From: a virus
Taxonomy: Duplodnaviria > Caudoviricetes
Virus record (IMG/VR): IMGVR_UViG_3300012940_000086
Span: 1-28,879 of that record
Strand: one strand, 5' to 3'
DNA: 28,879 nucleotides
Shown: piece after piece, positions 10,408 through 19,574 of the stretch
Position numbering within the stretch: position 1 is the stretch's first letter
Layout: each line of letters starts with the position of its first letter
Translations under genes and position numbers: made by a program
The notes under the pieces: model-generated
The model's input: only the letters and a program-made list of their open reading frames with translations
Told to the model about the DNA's origin: nothing
Database searches by the model: none

Positions 10408-10971
10408 CTAGCCGGTGGTTCCTAGTTGAGCTCTACGCCGTTGATTAAGTGCGCGGCGAGCCGCAAGAGAACTCTTAGTTGGTCGCGGCGTCTTTTGCGG
10501 CTGGTTCTTCAAATTAATCACTCGAACCAGAGTGATAAGTTTATTAAGGTGTTTGTACTGCCATTCCATTGGGATGTTCAAAGAAATCATCCAATAATAG
10601 ATGATCTCGGCAGTGATGAACTCCCCCGTATTACGATTTTTAGCAGTCTCATTGATGACCGTTGCAGTCATCTTTCGTCCGATATAGTTATCGATCTCTC
10701 GAAAATTATCTGCGGTGAGATGATCATATACTCGAGGGGAAGAAACTGGAGCAATCGTCATACAACGAATGTATTCGATTGTTTCTTCACGAGTCTTCTC
10801 TCCCTTACCCAGGAAAGGTTTCTCGTAGATTTCCTCCCATTTTGACATGGAGGCCAGGGAATGCTCAAGTAGCAGTTCTTCTCCAGCAAAAGGTTCTGAG
10901 TTGAGGAATCGTTGATTCTTTTCGTCCCAGAGTTCGACTGAGGGAACTGCAGGAACTGTAAGTACGAGCAT
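10408..10971 (-). CDS. Tail assembly chaperone (probable)
   Basis: 187 aa immediately downstream of the main tail tube gene; helical, with a basic C-terminus. Confidence 0.6.
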   Translation of the reverse strand: MLVLTVPAVPSVELWDEKNQRFLNSEPFAGEELLLEHSLASMSKWEEIYEKPFLGKGEKTREETIEYIRCMTIAPVSSPRVYDHLTADNFREIDNYIGRKMTATVINETAKNRNTGEFITAEIIYYWMISLNIPMEWQYKHLNKLITLVRVINLKNQPQKTPRPTKSSLAARRALNQRRRAQLGTTG

Positions 10972-10990
10972 TCCCCGGCCTCCTTATCGT

Positions 10991-11878
10991 TTACGGTGTC
11001 GGCGAGAACGACCAGTCGTCGTCCGAACCGGCAGTGAAGACGTAACCGTTGTTCGGGTAAGCACGAACCACCGTCGGGACCGTGATAGGAGGCTGAGCTC
11101 CCGTCTTGGTGACGCCGTTGATGGTGTAACGAACACCGGTAACCGTCGGGATGGTGATGATGTCGGTCTCGTCGTCAAAGGTCGGAGCGAGAGGCGTAAC
11201 CTCCGTGACCGTGCCCGTGAAGAGCGCGATGACCTCCGCGGGAAGCGGAAGACGCGGGTCGACACCCGACGAACCATAGAGGATCGTCTCGAGAGCGGCA
11301 AGAGCCGTTGCGTCGACTTTGGTCGAGTCGATCGTGAGCGTTGCCGAAGGCTTGTACTGAACGCCCCCAATCTCACCGATCTCCACAGGCGTAGTCGTGA
11401 ACTCCCAGCTGAGCGAAACTGCCTCAGGAGAGTCATTGACCGTTGCACGAGCCTTCTCCGACACCGAGGCGAGAGCGTTGTACACCAGATGCAGCTTGTA
11501 GCCGAAGTCAGTACCCTCGATATCGTTACCGACGAGGGTACGATACGAGAAACCGAACTGACGGCGTCGCTGCTGACCCACGGTTACACCCGGGGCAGGC
11601 GCGCGAGTACCATCGCACTCTTCGAACTCATCAGGATAGGTGAACGCCTCGATGGTGCCACCGAACTCCTCGGCCGAAACCAGGTTCAAATATGCGATGT
11701 TGTCTGCGTACTGCTTATTAGACTCGGCGCCCGAGGGCGATTCCGTGACAGTCGTCAGACCGTTCCAGGCAACGCCGAGAGGGTAAAGTCCCGTCGAATC
11801 CTGGGGGTAGAGAACACCATGATCGACACCGGTCTCGTACCGGCGCTCGCCCACGGCATCCCAAATGAGCTGGCTCAT
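10991..11878 (-). CDS. Major tail protein with C-terminal Ig-like domain
   Basis: 295 aa, high-GC3 codon usage like the capsid gene, follows the tail terminator, GAAAGGAAG RBS. Confidence 0.92.
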   Translation of the reverse strand: MSQLIWDAVGERRYETGVDHGVLYPQDSTGLYPLGVAWNGLTTVTESPSGAESNKQYADNIAYLNLVSAEEFGGTIEAFTYPDEFEECDGTRAPAPGVTVGQQRRRQFGFSYRTLVGNDIEGTDFGYKLHLVYNALASVSEKARATVNDSPEAVSLSWEFTTTPVEIGEIGGVQYKPSATLTIDSTKVDATALAALETILYGSSGVDPRLPLPAEVIALFTGTVTEVTPLAPTFDDETDIITIPTVTGVRYTINGVTKTGAQPPITVPTVVRAYPNNGYVFTAGSDDDWSFSPTP

Positions 11879-11890
11879 TCTACTTCCTTT

Positions 11891-12223
11891 CTAGAAGTAA
11901 AGGTTGAAGACATCATGATTCAGATTATCTGCCACAAAGAACCTACTATAGGCGCAGAGAGGCAAGGCTTTGACCTTTGCAGGAATCTCAGAATCGGGAT
12001 TCTTATCAATAACGGTCACCTGATACCGTGTCTTGTGTTTGTACGGACCGTTGTCGGCGTACTCCGTTTTCATATAATCGCGTTGATACACGATACATGG
12101 ATACTCAAGAGTGATGTTCGACGGGGGTTGGAAATATACTTTTTTCACAACCCCCGGTGCGAGATTCTCAAGGAGTGTCTGGAGTTTCAGGCGCTGGCTC
12201 TGCTCGCTCACCCGTGTATACAC
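11891..12223 (-). CDS. Tail terminator
   Basis: VYFQPP...YPCIVY motif and position just before the major tail gene. Confidence 0.8.
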   Translation of the reverse strand: MYTRVSEQSQRLKLQTLLENLAPGVVKKVYFQPPSNITLEYPCIVYQRDYMKTEYADNGPYKHKTRYQVTVIDKNPDSEIPAKVKALPLCAYSRFFVADNLNHDVFNLYF

Positions 12224-12521
12224 CTCCTAGCCGCAAAATAAGGCGGGGACTCTCTACAAGAACATTACTGACCTTCCAGCAAGTTCCAGCCCATTCCACA
12301 AAGAGGATGGCGAAGAAGTGTTCATTCGCATAGGCATCAGAGATGATGCTAATAGAATTCCCCACAGAGAGATCGTCGTTGACTTTCTCTCCGTCTCGGT
12401 GTGTGACAGAGTTGCGGAGAACGTCGCCGTAGAAGTTTCTCTCTACGACGACGTTCGTCCACACTCCTGGTACCGACTCTACGGCCTGCTTGAACCCAAT
12501 AGGACCGTAGAACTTCGGCAT
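12168..12521 (-). CDS. Head-to-tail stopper (head closure protein)
   Basis: 117 aa, beta-rich, between capsid and tail terminator; PGVW and W.G..WKVSNV.V..PRLIL motifs. Confidence 0.75.
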   Translation of the reverse strand: MPKFYGPIGFKQAVESVPGVWTNVVVERNFYGDVLRNSVTHRDGEKVNDDLSVGNSISIISDAYANEHFFAILFVEWAGTCWKVSNVLVESPRLILRLGGVYTGERAEPAPETPDTP

Positions 12522-12533
12522 TGGACGTTAGTC

Positions 12534-14555
12534 TTAGAAGACGAAGGTCCAGTACGTGTCCGCGGTGTGCGGGAACGAGTAGTGTGCCGCAGGACGCGAC
12601 TCGACCTCGGTAGTCTCCGCGATGGTCACCGTCGAACCCGGAGCCTGATCCACACCGTTGATGGAGTAGATAACGCCCGTCTGGCTCGGGATGGTGATCA
12701 CATGAGTCGAGGGGTTGTAGCTCGGCTGCGTCGGAGTCACAACAGTACCCGCAGCGCGCTTGATGACAATGGCCGACTTAGCCTTCGTCAGAGCACCCGA
12801 GATACGGGTCTCCAGCAGGTACTTCTGCTGGTTGTAGTCGATGTCGAAGTCGTCGAAGAACGAGATCTCGCCACCCTTGTCCGCGCCAACACGGTAATCC
12901 GCGAGGTTCACGATGATCGCGATGATGTCAGGCTCGTCCTCCATGACCTCAACCGGAACGATACGGCTGACACCGAGAGCGTCAGCGAGCTCCGTCTTGG
13001 TGGCGAAGAATCGACGACCCAGAGTGTCCTTGTCCAGGAGGAGGTCAGTCAGGACGGCCTGAGTCGTGTACATGGCCGGGTTACCCGAGCCCTTGTAGAA
13101 CGACAGCGCACGAGTGATCGCCTCGTTGGTCTGAGCCGGAGTCGAGTCGGTGACAAGGTTGATCTTGTGGGCATACATGTCGTCGTCCCACGCGATCGGA
13201 CGAAGGTGGTCCTCGTCGATCTTGTCCTCGTCATCCATGTCACGGCCGTCACCGATGAGGATCGCACGAGCGATTTCCTCATCCAGCATGATACGCATCT
13301 CCGCCTTGAGCCAGGCGATGACGTCGAAGTCCGTGATGTCGACAATGTCGTCACGGTCCAGCTTCTGCTTCTTGTAGATGGTCGTCGGAGTGGTCACACG
13401 CTTCAGAAGCTTGATAACCTCCTCCTTCTTCACCGTACCCTTGACGTAACCCTTTGCGCGAGCCTCGTCCGCCGTGATGTCAGCGTGAATGGTCTTGACG
13501 CGAGCGAACGGCGAGTGCGTGGTGTTCGTAAGAACGTCCTGCACCCACTCCATCCGGCGGCTGAGAAGCTCCGGAGTGTTCTGAACGGCCTTAGCGTCGG
13601 GGAAGAGGAAATCGATGTCATCGATACCGTAGTCGCCCTCGGCGTGTGCGAGGAAGTCCTCGACCGAGTCCTTCAGAGAACCGTTACCAGTCTTCGCAGA
13701 GTTAACGATTCGCTCGAAGTCGCTGTGCGAAAGTACCTTACGCTCCCGCTCCTTCCGACCATTGGCCTCCGCCTGGTCTGCGAAGAGGTTACGCCCCATT
13801 TCAATTCCTTCCTGGAACTTAGCGGTGAGATCCTCACCAGTGTACAAGTCGCCGTGCTGCACCGTGCCGCCGGCCTCTTCGCGGGTCTGCGCAATGGCAT
13901 CACCGATCAGATACTGAAGAACAAGCTGCTGCTTGTCATTCATGGAATCTAACACATCCTTGATGGTCTCGTTCTCATCAAGCACCGCGGTGCCATCGGC
14001 ATGAACGAGCTCATCAGGCTGCTGGAAATTACCCATCTCTTCTCCTTGGTTTGTGCCAGCAGCGCCGGCGATGTCGTCGATCTCTTCCTCTTCGAAATCG
14101 GCGTGAATGATGGTTTCGCCAGTGTAGATGATGGCCTCGTTTTCGACGTCACCATCCCCATGAGCGATAGACGTTTGGTCGATGAATGCCCCCGGATTTG
14201 CGCCCGAGAGAACCAGACTGACCTCTTTGATCATACCGCGAGTAACCTCACGGCCCTTCTGAACGAGTTTATTCGCCCAGATGGACAGAGCGTTGACGTC
14301 CCCATGCTGGACGAGAACCTTCGCCTGCTGTCCAGAGGGAGAATCGTTGAAGAAAGCCTCCGTGTAGACGCCTTCGGGCTTGTTGTAGAGCACCGCATGG
14401 CCAAGGACATTCCCCGGGCTATTGTGATCGTGCTGCCAGACGAGAGGAACCTTCATTCCTTCCTGGTGAGCGAAAGCACCAGCCTTGAGGATTCGTCCAT
14501 CAGAGCACAGCAGATCGTTCTTGGATGCCCAACCACTGAAGTCGGGAACTCCCAT
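12534..14555 (-). CDS. Capsid maturation protease-scaffold-major capsid protein fusion
   Basis: N-terminal HK97-type protease (PLVWQHDH, LSI, EVSLV..GANP.A), acidic linker, HK97-fold-sized capsid region, C-terminal Ig-like domain; high-GC3 codons. Confidence 0.92.
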   Translation of the reverse strand: MGVPDFSGWASKNDLLCSDGRILKAGAFAHQEGMKVPLVWQHDHNSPGNVLGHAVLYNKPEGVYTEAFFNDSPSGQQAKVLVQHGDVNALSIWANKLVQKGREVTRGMIKEVSLVLSGANPGAFIDQTSIAHGDGDVENEAIIYTGETIIHADFEEEEIDDIAGAAGTNQGEEMGNFQQPDELVHADGTAVLDENETIKDVLDSMNDKQQLVLQYLIGDAIAQTREEAGGTVQHGDLYTGEDLTAKFQEGIEMGRNLFADQAEANGRKERERKVLSHSDFERIVNSAKTGNGSLKDSVEDFLAHAEGDYGIDDIDFLFPDAKAVQNTPELLSRRMEWVQDVLTNTTHSPFARVKTIHADITADEARAKGYVKGTVKKEEVIKLLKRVTTPTTIYKKQKLDRDDIVDITDFDVIAWLKAEMRIMLDEEIARAILIGDGRDMDDEDKIDEDHLRPIAWDDDMYAHKINLVTDSTPAQTNEAITRALSFYKGSGNPAMYTTQAVLTDLLLDKDTLGRRFFATKTELADALGVSRIVPVEVMEDEPDIIAIIVNLADYRVGADKGGEISFFDDFDIDYNQQKYLLETRISGALTKAKSAIVIKRAAGTVVTPTQPSYNPSTHVITIPSQTGVIYSINGVDQAPGSTVTIAETTEVESRPAAHYSFPHTADTYWTFVF

Positions 14556-14567
14556 TTTGATTTCCTT

Positions 14568-15908
14568 TCACTTTCGTGGTCGAAGTGATTCTAATTCTTT
14601 AATTTTGGTTTCACCCAGAGTCGATCGAACTTCACCGATGTCAATCTCTCCCTGCTGAGGAGCGGGAGAAACGGGTGAGATTTTCTCGATTGCTGGCTGG
14701 GGCATGTTCGAGTTGATGAGCATGTCCGCCTTCGGATCCTTAGAGGGTCGAAGACCGATCTTCGCACGGATCTCGTTAGAAGTCATGATCTCATTACGAG
14801 CGAACTTGTCCGCAATTTCAGCGATGTCCGAAACTGCAACCAGTTTGAACGGATCTCTGAAGTACACAATGGACTGTCCTTGAGTCCTTGCCGTTTTGGT
14901 AAGGAAGGTTCGTCGCATTGATTCCGTAATTGATGTCAACACAGGCTCAATCGTACGCGTGTAGTAATTGAGTAAGGTCTTTTCATCAGCCTGACCGTTG
15001 AAGATCTCTTCTGTCAGTCCCAGCTGCCCATACAACATACTCGTCAGATAGGTAATCTGATTAAGTAGATTGTTCTCGGCCGGGCGATTCAGCTGAGTGA
15101 TGTGTTCCGTACCGTCCGTATAGGCAATGCCGTACTTAGAGTTTCTCAGCTGCATCTCAATGTCTTGCGCACGTTTCTCTGCCTCTTCTTTACGAGCCTG
15201 AGACTTGATAACATACGGAAGTTGAATGATAAGGTCAAGCTTTCCCGAGCTTGATGCTTCATCGACGGCGTCAAGGATGTTGAGCTTTCGGATCAGTCGT
15301 TGAAGAGTCGAATTAGGCTCATTCATCACCTGATAGAACGGATTCTCGATGATGGCAGCAATCGATTTGGGGACCGTTACTTCCTCATATCGACCTTTTC
15401 CCGGACTGTCGTTCCACAACTTTACGCGAATATGACGTGGGTACCATTGGACAATTTCACCCACACGCATACTATCGATATCATATGCTCCAGTCATGAT
15501 AGGGTTCAGAGAGGTATCGATAGGAACGACAGCAAGAACGCCCTTTTCAAACATAGTCATTGCAATATCCTGTTTGAAATGCCGGGCAGTCTGGTCGATG
15601 TTTGGATTGAGTGATAAACACTCATTTAGACCGCTCTTAATGTCTTCCTGATAATTCATGTTCTCATCGACCCGAGCATGTCGCATCTCATAGCTGGCAA
15701 CGTCAATGCCAAGACGCGTGTAAATCGAGGCCACAATGGATTTCTCATTACCGTTCGTCATTCGACGCCGGTCTGGTCGAACACCATACCCCGCTCCGTA
15801 TTGTCCGAAATCGCGAGTGTAAGACATCTCTTCATTCTGAGAAAAGACGCTCCATGCGTGGGCTAACCGATTGGCAGCGGATGCCATTCTATCAAAAATA
15901 GACGCCAC
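14568..15908 (-). CDS. Portal protein
   Basis: 446 aa between TerL and the protease/capsid gene; L...PN..QT, and IMTSNEIR..IGL.P HK97-portal C-terminal motif; AGGAGGTGA RBS with GTG start. Confidence 0.93.
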   Translation of the reverse strand: MASIFDRMASAANRLAHAWSVFSQNEEMSYTRDFGQYGAGYGVRPDRRRMTNGNEKSIVASIYTRLGIDVASYEMRHARVDENMNYQEDIKSGLNECLSLNPNIDQTARHFKQDIAMTMFEKGVLAVVPIDTSLNPIMTGAYDIDSMRVGEIVQWYPRHIRVKLWNDSPGKGRYEEVTVPKSIAAIIENPFYQVMNEPNSTLQRLIRKLNILDAVDEASSSGKLDLIIQLPYVIKSQARKEEAEKRAQDIEMQLRNSKYGIAYTDGTEHITQLNRPAENNLLNQITYLTSMLYGQLGLTEEIFNGQADEKTLLNYYTRTIEPVLTSITESMRRTFLTKTARTQGQSIVYFRDPFKLVAVSDIAEIADKFARNEIMTSNEIRAKIGLRPSKDPKADMLINSNMPQPAIEKISPVSPAPQQGEIDIGEVRSTLGETKIKELESLRPRK

Positions 15909-15953
15909 TATAGCTCACCTCCTTTCCTGATCGAAAATATGCGCATAGAATCT

Positions 15954-16505
15954 TTACTTTCGATTCGGATTATATCCATGAGATCGCATGTTGATACCCA
16001 CTGCAATATCTCCAGCGAGGAGATTGCCTACAACTGCCGCTCCGGTACTCAACGCGATTCGTCCCTGAGGAGAATCAAGAAGACTAAGTGCGGAAACAGT
16101 TGCGTACTGCGCAGATTGACCGACGTACTTGTTCATGAAATTAATCACGGGACGAGAGTGAGCAGCCTTCTTTAATCCACTTACGGCGAGATTCGCTAAA
16201 GCGACTCCACCAACAACGCCTGCGACTTTACCGACTTGACGAACGTACTTGTTTCGACCCATGACTCGATCGCGTCGGGTCTTTTCATCTCCGCGAGCAA
16301 CTGAAATGGAATCACCACGATTGAGAGCTCGATTGATTCGACGCTCTCCCCGGCGACCATAGACTTGACGGTCTCGCTTACGCTGGTTAGAATTATAATC
16401 AGGATTAGGAGCGTTTCGTGACTTACGAACCCCCCATCGCATTCCAAGAACACCATAGTGAGCGAGAAAGTCGTCAGCATCTTCAAAAATATCAGACATA
16501 TTCAT
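15954..16505 (-). CDS. HYGxxGMxWG-leader basic protein (putative internal virion protein)
   Basis: DFLAHYGVLGMRWGVRK followed by an Arg-rich region and Gly/Ala/Val hydrophobic stretches. Confidence 0.8.
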   Translation of the reverse strand: MNMSDIFEDADDFLAHYGVLGMRWGVRKSRNAPNPDYNSNQRKRDRQVYGRRGERRINRALNRGDSISVARGDEKTRRDRVMGRNKYVRQVGKVAGVVGGVALANLAVSGLKKAAHSRPVINFMNKYVGQSAQYATVSALSLLDSPQGRIALSTGAAVVGNLLAGDIAVGINMRSHGYNPNRK

Positions 16506-16507
16506 CC

Positions 16508-16948
16508 TTACTTACGCAACACATAGCGTTGAGCAGTGGGTTCCCAGATGGCGTCTAAACGAGACTCGACGAACTTTTGAACCTCTTTACCCTCCGGAGT
16601 GTCCGTATAGCCAAAGACGCTGGTCAAAGTGGCATTAAAGACACCGCCCTTTTCAAGATATGACAGAAACTCTTTACCACTTACGACAAGAGGAATCGAC
16701 ATTGGTGAATCAGCAGTTTGGATGAAAACATTGTCTTTTCCTCGAGCTGCGGCTTCAACTGTCAACTCGGCATTCTTCATTCGAGCTTTCTTAAAATCAG
16801 AAGATCTCTCTTTTAGTGTCTTCTTCCGATATAATTTCTTTTGCTCACGACTGAGAGAACGATACTCGTCTTTGCGAATACCCCATTTCATCCCCAGAAC
16901 GCCATAGTGAGCCAGAAAATCTGCCCCATTATTCAAAATATCAGTCAT
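16508..16948 (-). CDS. HYGxxGMKWG-leader basic protein (putative internal virion protein)
   Basis: DFLAHYGVLGMKWGIRK followed by a Lys/Arg-rich segment. Confidence 0.8.
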   Translation of the reverse strand: MTDILNNGADFLAHYGVLGMKWGIRKDEYRSLSREQKKLYRKKTLKERSSDFKKARMKNAELTVEAAARGKDNVFIQTADSPMSIPLVVSGKEFLSYLEKGGVFNATLTSVFGYTDTPEGKEVQKFVESRLDAIWEPTAQRYVLRK

Positions 16949-16957
16949 CAGACTTCC

Positions 16958-18703
16958 TTACTCAAAACTGTCACGGTTGGCTTTCCATGCAACGTAAGCG
17001 TCCATCAAAGCAGCGACGTTGTCAATCTTGGCATCTTTTCGCATCTTCATGAGTTTGCGGTTACCGTTAGTATCTTCAATAGTAATCGCATTACCCATGG
17101 CGAAAGACATCAACTTCTGATCGAAGATCAGCATTCTCTGTTCACTCAGTTTTTTCAGCTCGCCGAGAGGAACCGATTCAGTCTTAGCGCCCTGAATTAC
17201 TTTAGTAATTCCGAAAGGACCGTTCTCCGCTTCCCAACGAGTAACAAACTCTTTAGCGTTGTAAGGGTCAAAACCGAGAGCTCGAACGTCATACTCACTG
17301 CTCAAAATATGCTGATCAAGATCTTCATAAATCTCGATCATGTCTAGAGTCGTTCCATTTCGAACAAAGAGACTTCCCTCTTTGATGAACTCCTCATACT
17401 TAGCACGCATAGCTCCAGGGAGCTTCTTCAGTGTGTATTCTGAAATATAGCTTCGAGTCTTGATTCCGAACGAACCATCTGACAGAGGGAACAAAAAGGT
17501 GAATGCAGTAAAATCATCACCCTGAGAAAGATCCGCTCCGAGCGCACATGGTAGTCTCCAGAATTCATGGGGTCGATGAGCAATCGTCTCTTCATAGGTA
17601 AAGAAGTATGTATACCCCTCCATGGGGATTCCAAACCTCTTCGCCAGAATGTCGTTAGCAGCGGCGGGGACTTTTTCGGCTCTCTCGACGTCCTGTTGGT
17701 ACGTCTCATAAGTGACCGTCAATCCAATGTTAGGTTGAGCCTTAGGCCACATCGCTGGATCATTCACTTCTTCCACGTTGTCCAGGCGATACCACCAGAT
17801 AGACACGTGAGGATTATAGTAATCGCCCTTCAGGATACTACTTAATTCCATTTTGATGGTATCACCCGAACCATTTCGGACAGTACCTTCAGAGCTGATC
17901 GCAACGATGACCCAATCATCAAGTTTGGATGCTCCCTGTTCGACAGCACCCACTACGTCCTCTCGAACATCCCCCGACAGCCATTCGTCAATGGTTGTGA
18001 TTTTAGGTCTGAGACCCTGAAGTTTATCGATACGCATCGGACGAATCTCTAAGAGAGAATTCGTCATGAAGTTCTCGATGCCCTTCTTTGTAGAAGCTAA
18101 CTTGGCGCGAAGAGCGCGAGCCCCCGTGGTGTTCTGCAAAGATCCTTGAGTAAGGAACTTAAAGAGCGGACCAATAGCTCGCGTGATCGCCGTGCGGAAC
18201 GGACCCAACACCTCTTCCGCCTGCTTCATGGTAGGAGCAGTCGTAATCTGATGTGTAGTGTCCGTATCCACGACAAGGAAGTACGCCTGTAAGAAGAATG
18301 CGTACATCGACTTGGCACCGCCTCGAGCGACGATCAGGTACTGCTTGTTGACGAGACGCTTCTTGATCATCTTACGGACATAGTGTCCGCCGTGATTGTC
18401 CTTTGACGGAACATATACGTCGCGCTCGACGAAGTAGAACCAAGCAAGCAGAGATTCAGCCCACAACTTGAATGATTCAAGCATGTGGACTTTGCTACCA
18501 TCGGTAAGTGTCAGCTCACCCTCGCAGTAGCGAATGAATCCATCAATCGCCTGATCGTCGTAGTAGAAATTCGGGTTCGCGATGAGATCGTCAATGCGGT
18601 TCATCTCCAGAGAGATCTGCGCGTTAACGGGAATATCTCCGCGCATGACCGCTTCACGAAACGCTGCATAATACTTGGGTGTGGCTGTATTAGACAGCGC
18701 CAT
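16958..18703 (-). CDS. terL: Terminase large subunit
   Basis: Walker A-like VARGGAKS, Walker B TTIDE, nuclease motifs LGADLSQGDD, GFDPYN and KIDNVAALMDA. Confidence 0.96.
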   Translation of the reverse strand: MALSNTATPKYYAAFREAVMRGDIPVNAQISLEMNRIDDLIANPNFYYDDQAIDGFIRYCEGELTLTDGSKVHMLESFKLWAESLLAWFYFVERDVYVPSKDNHGGHYVRKMIKKRLVNKQYLIVARGGAKSMYAFFLQAYFLVVDTDTTHQITTAPTMKQAEEVLGPFRTAITRAIGPLFKFLTQGSLQNTTGARALRAKLASTKKGIENFMTNSLLEIRPMRIDKLQGLRPKITTIDEWLSGDVREDVVGAVEQGASKLDDWVIVAISSEGTVRNGSGDTIKMELSSILKGDYYNPHVSIWWYRLDNVEEVNDPAMWPKAQPNIGLTVTYETYQQDVERAEKVPAAANDILAKRFGIPMEGYTYFFTYEETIAHRPHEFWRLPCALGADLSQGDDFTAFTFLFPLSDGSFGIKTRSYISEYTLKKLPGAMRAKYEEFIKEGSLFVRNGTTLDMIEIYEDLDQHILSSEYDVRALGFDPYNAKEFVTRWEAENGPFGITKVIQGAKTESVPLGELKKLSEQRMLIFDQKLMSFAMGNAITIEDTNGNRKLMKMRKDAKIDNVAALMDAYVAWKANRDSFE

Positions 18704-18729
18704 CGGAACCCTCCTCCTTTCCTAAAGCA

Positions 18730-19086
18730 TTATCGATTAAAAAGCTTCTTAAGATATTCTGCTCCGGCTTTTCCCGCCTGACTATTAGCAATATTGTAAA
18801 TAGCGACAGCGGTTCCCGCGACAGCGAGTGCGCCGGTAATATAGTTGTACCCCGCCTGGATCTTATTCGGATATTGCTTCTTGTAGTTCTTCTCCAGCTC
18901 GCGGCGATAATTCAGTTCCTTCAGTTCTTTGTTACTGAGGTTCTGAATTCCACTTTTCTTAACCCGCTGCTGAAGACGACGCTTACGAGCATAGTCCGAA
19001 GAATATGAACCAGATCGATCCTTACGAACTCCCCACTTCATCCCTAATACACCGTAGTGAGCAAGGAAGTTCTCGCTATCAAGCAT
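18730..19086 (-). CDS. HYGxxGMKWG-leader basic protein (putative internal virion protein)
   Basis: NFLAHYGVLGMKWGVRK, LSNKEL...R.ELEK.Y helix, hydrophobic ITGALAVAGTAVAIY segment. Confidence 0.8.
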   Translation of the reverse strand: MLDSENFLAHYGVLGMKWGVRKDRSGSYSSDYARKRRLQQRVKKSGIQNLSNKELKELNYRRELEKNYKKQYPNKIQAGYNYITGALAVAGTAVAIYNIANSQAGKAGAEYLKKLFNR

Positions 19087-19089
19087 TAA

Positions 19090-19470
19090 TCATCCCTCCT
19101 CTGGGGTACTAGAATATACAGCAGGAGGAGCATAGAGGCTGAGACGCCATTCTGCTTCCTTAATCTGCTTGTCGATCGCATCGATCGCGAAAGAGGTGCT
19201 CGGAGGGTCGAACGCAAGCCGAACCTTCTGGACAATATAGGTCTTGAGTGAGTTCAGGTATTTCTTGTCCTGAATGACCTCACTCCACGTAGCCTCTTTA
19301 TCCGCGATCTCAAACCCCCCAGGAGACCCGATGTCGGCGACCTGAAGGAGAGTGGAGAAGGCGGAGTTGATGTGCATGATGATATCGATGTCAAACACCG
19401 TGTAGTCGTCCTCAATACCCAGAACTTTCTTGGTACTCGTGAGGATACTATCTGAAGGCCCTTCAGCCAT
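19090..19470 (-). CDS. Head-to-tail adaptor (gp6-like), probable
   Basis: 126 aa helical protein with SIL..TKKVLGI...FD.DI.MHINSA N-terminus typical of connector proteins. Confidence 0.7.
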   Translation of the reverse strand: MAEGPSDSILTSTKKVLGIEDDYTVFDIDIIMHINSAFSTLLQVADIGSPGGFEIADKEATWSEVIQDKKYLNSLKTYIVQKVRLAFDPPSTSFAIDAIDKQIKEAEWRLSLYAPPAVYSSTPEEG

Positions 19471-19493
19471 TACTCCGCCTTCTCCTTAATCAT

Positions 19494-19574
19494 TTACTGA
19501 CAGGACTCGCACTCGAGCTCGTCCATGGGGTCGACCGGTACTTCGTACTGACCGACATACTCTCGATCGTTCAT
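19494..19574 (-). CDS. 26-aa acidic peptide ending in CxxC (MNDREYVGQYEVPVDPMDELECESCQ)
   Basis: Translated by hand; ATG overlaps the endolysin stop (TGATG); fills the intergenic gap; host-like codons. Confidence 0.7.
   Translation of the reverse strand: MNDREYVGQYEVPVDPMDELECESCQ

Noticed and set aside
10408-10971. Programmed G/GT frameshift in the tail assembly chaperone
   Set aside because: No overlapping downstream ORF; the next gene has its own RBS and is a tail tube paralogue.
10984-11448. Alternative-frame Arg/Ser-rich ORFs within the major tail and capsid genes, as frameshift extensions
   Set aside because: Typical off-frame product of high-GC3 coding; the Ig-like domains are already in frame.
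12318-13952. 544-aa plus-strand ORF (also 2907..3833, 4051..4704, 4753..5352, 11489..12241, 14001..14588)
   Set aside because: Antisense shadows of codon-biased capsid, tail and tape measure genes; no recognisable motifs.
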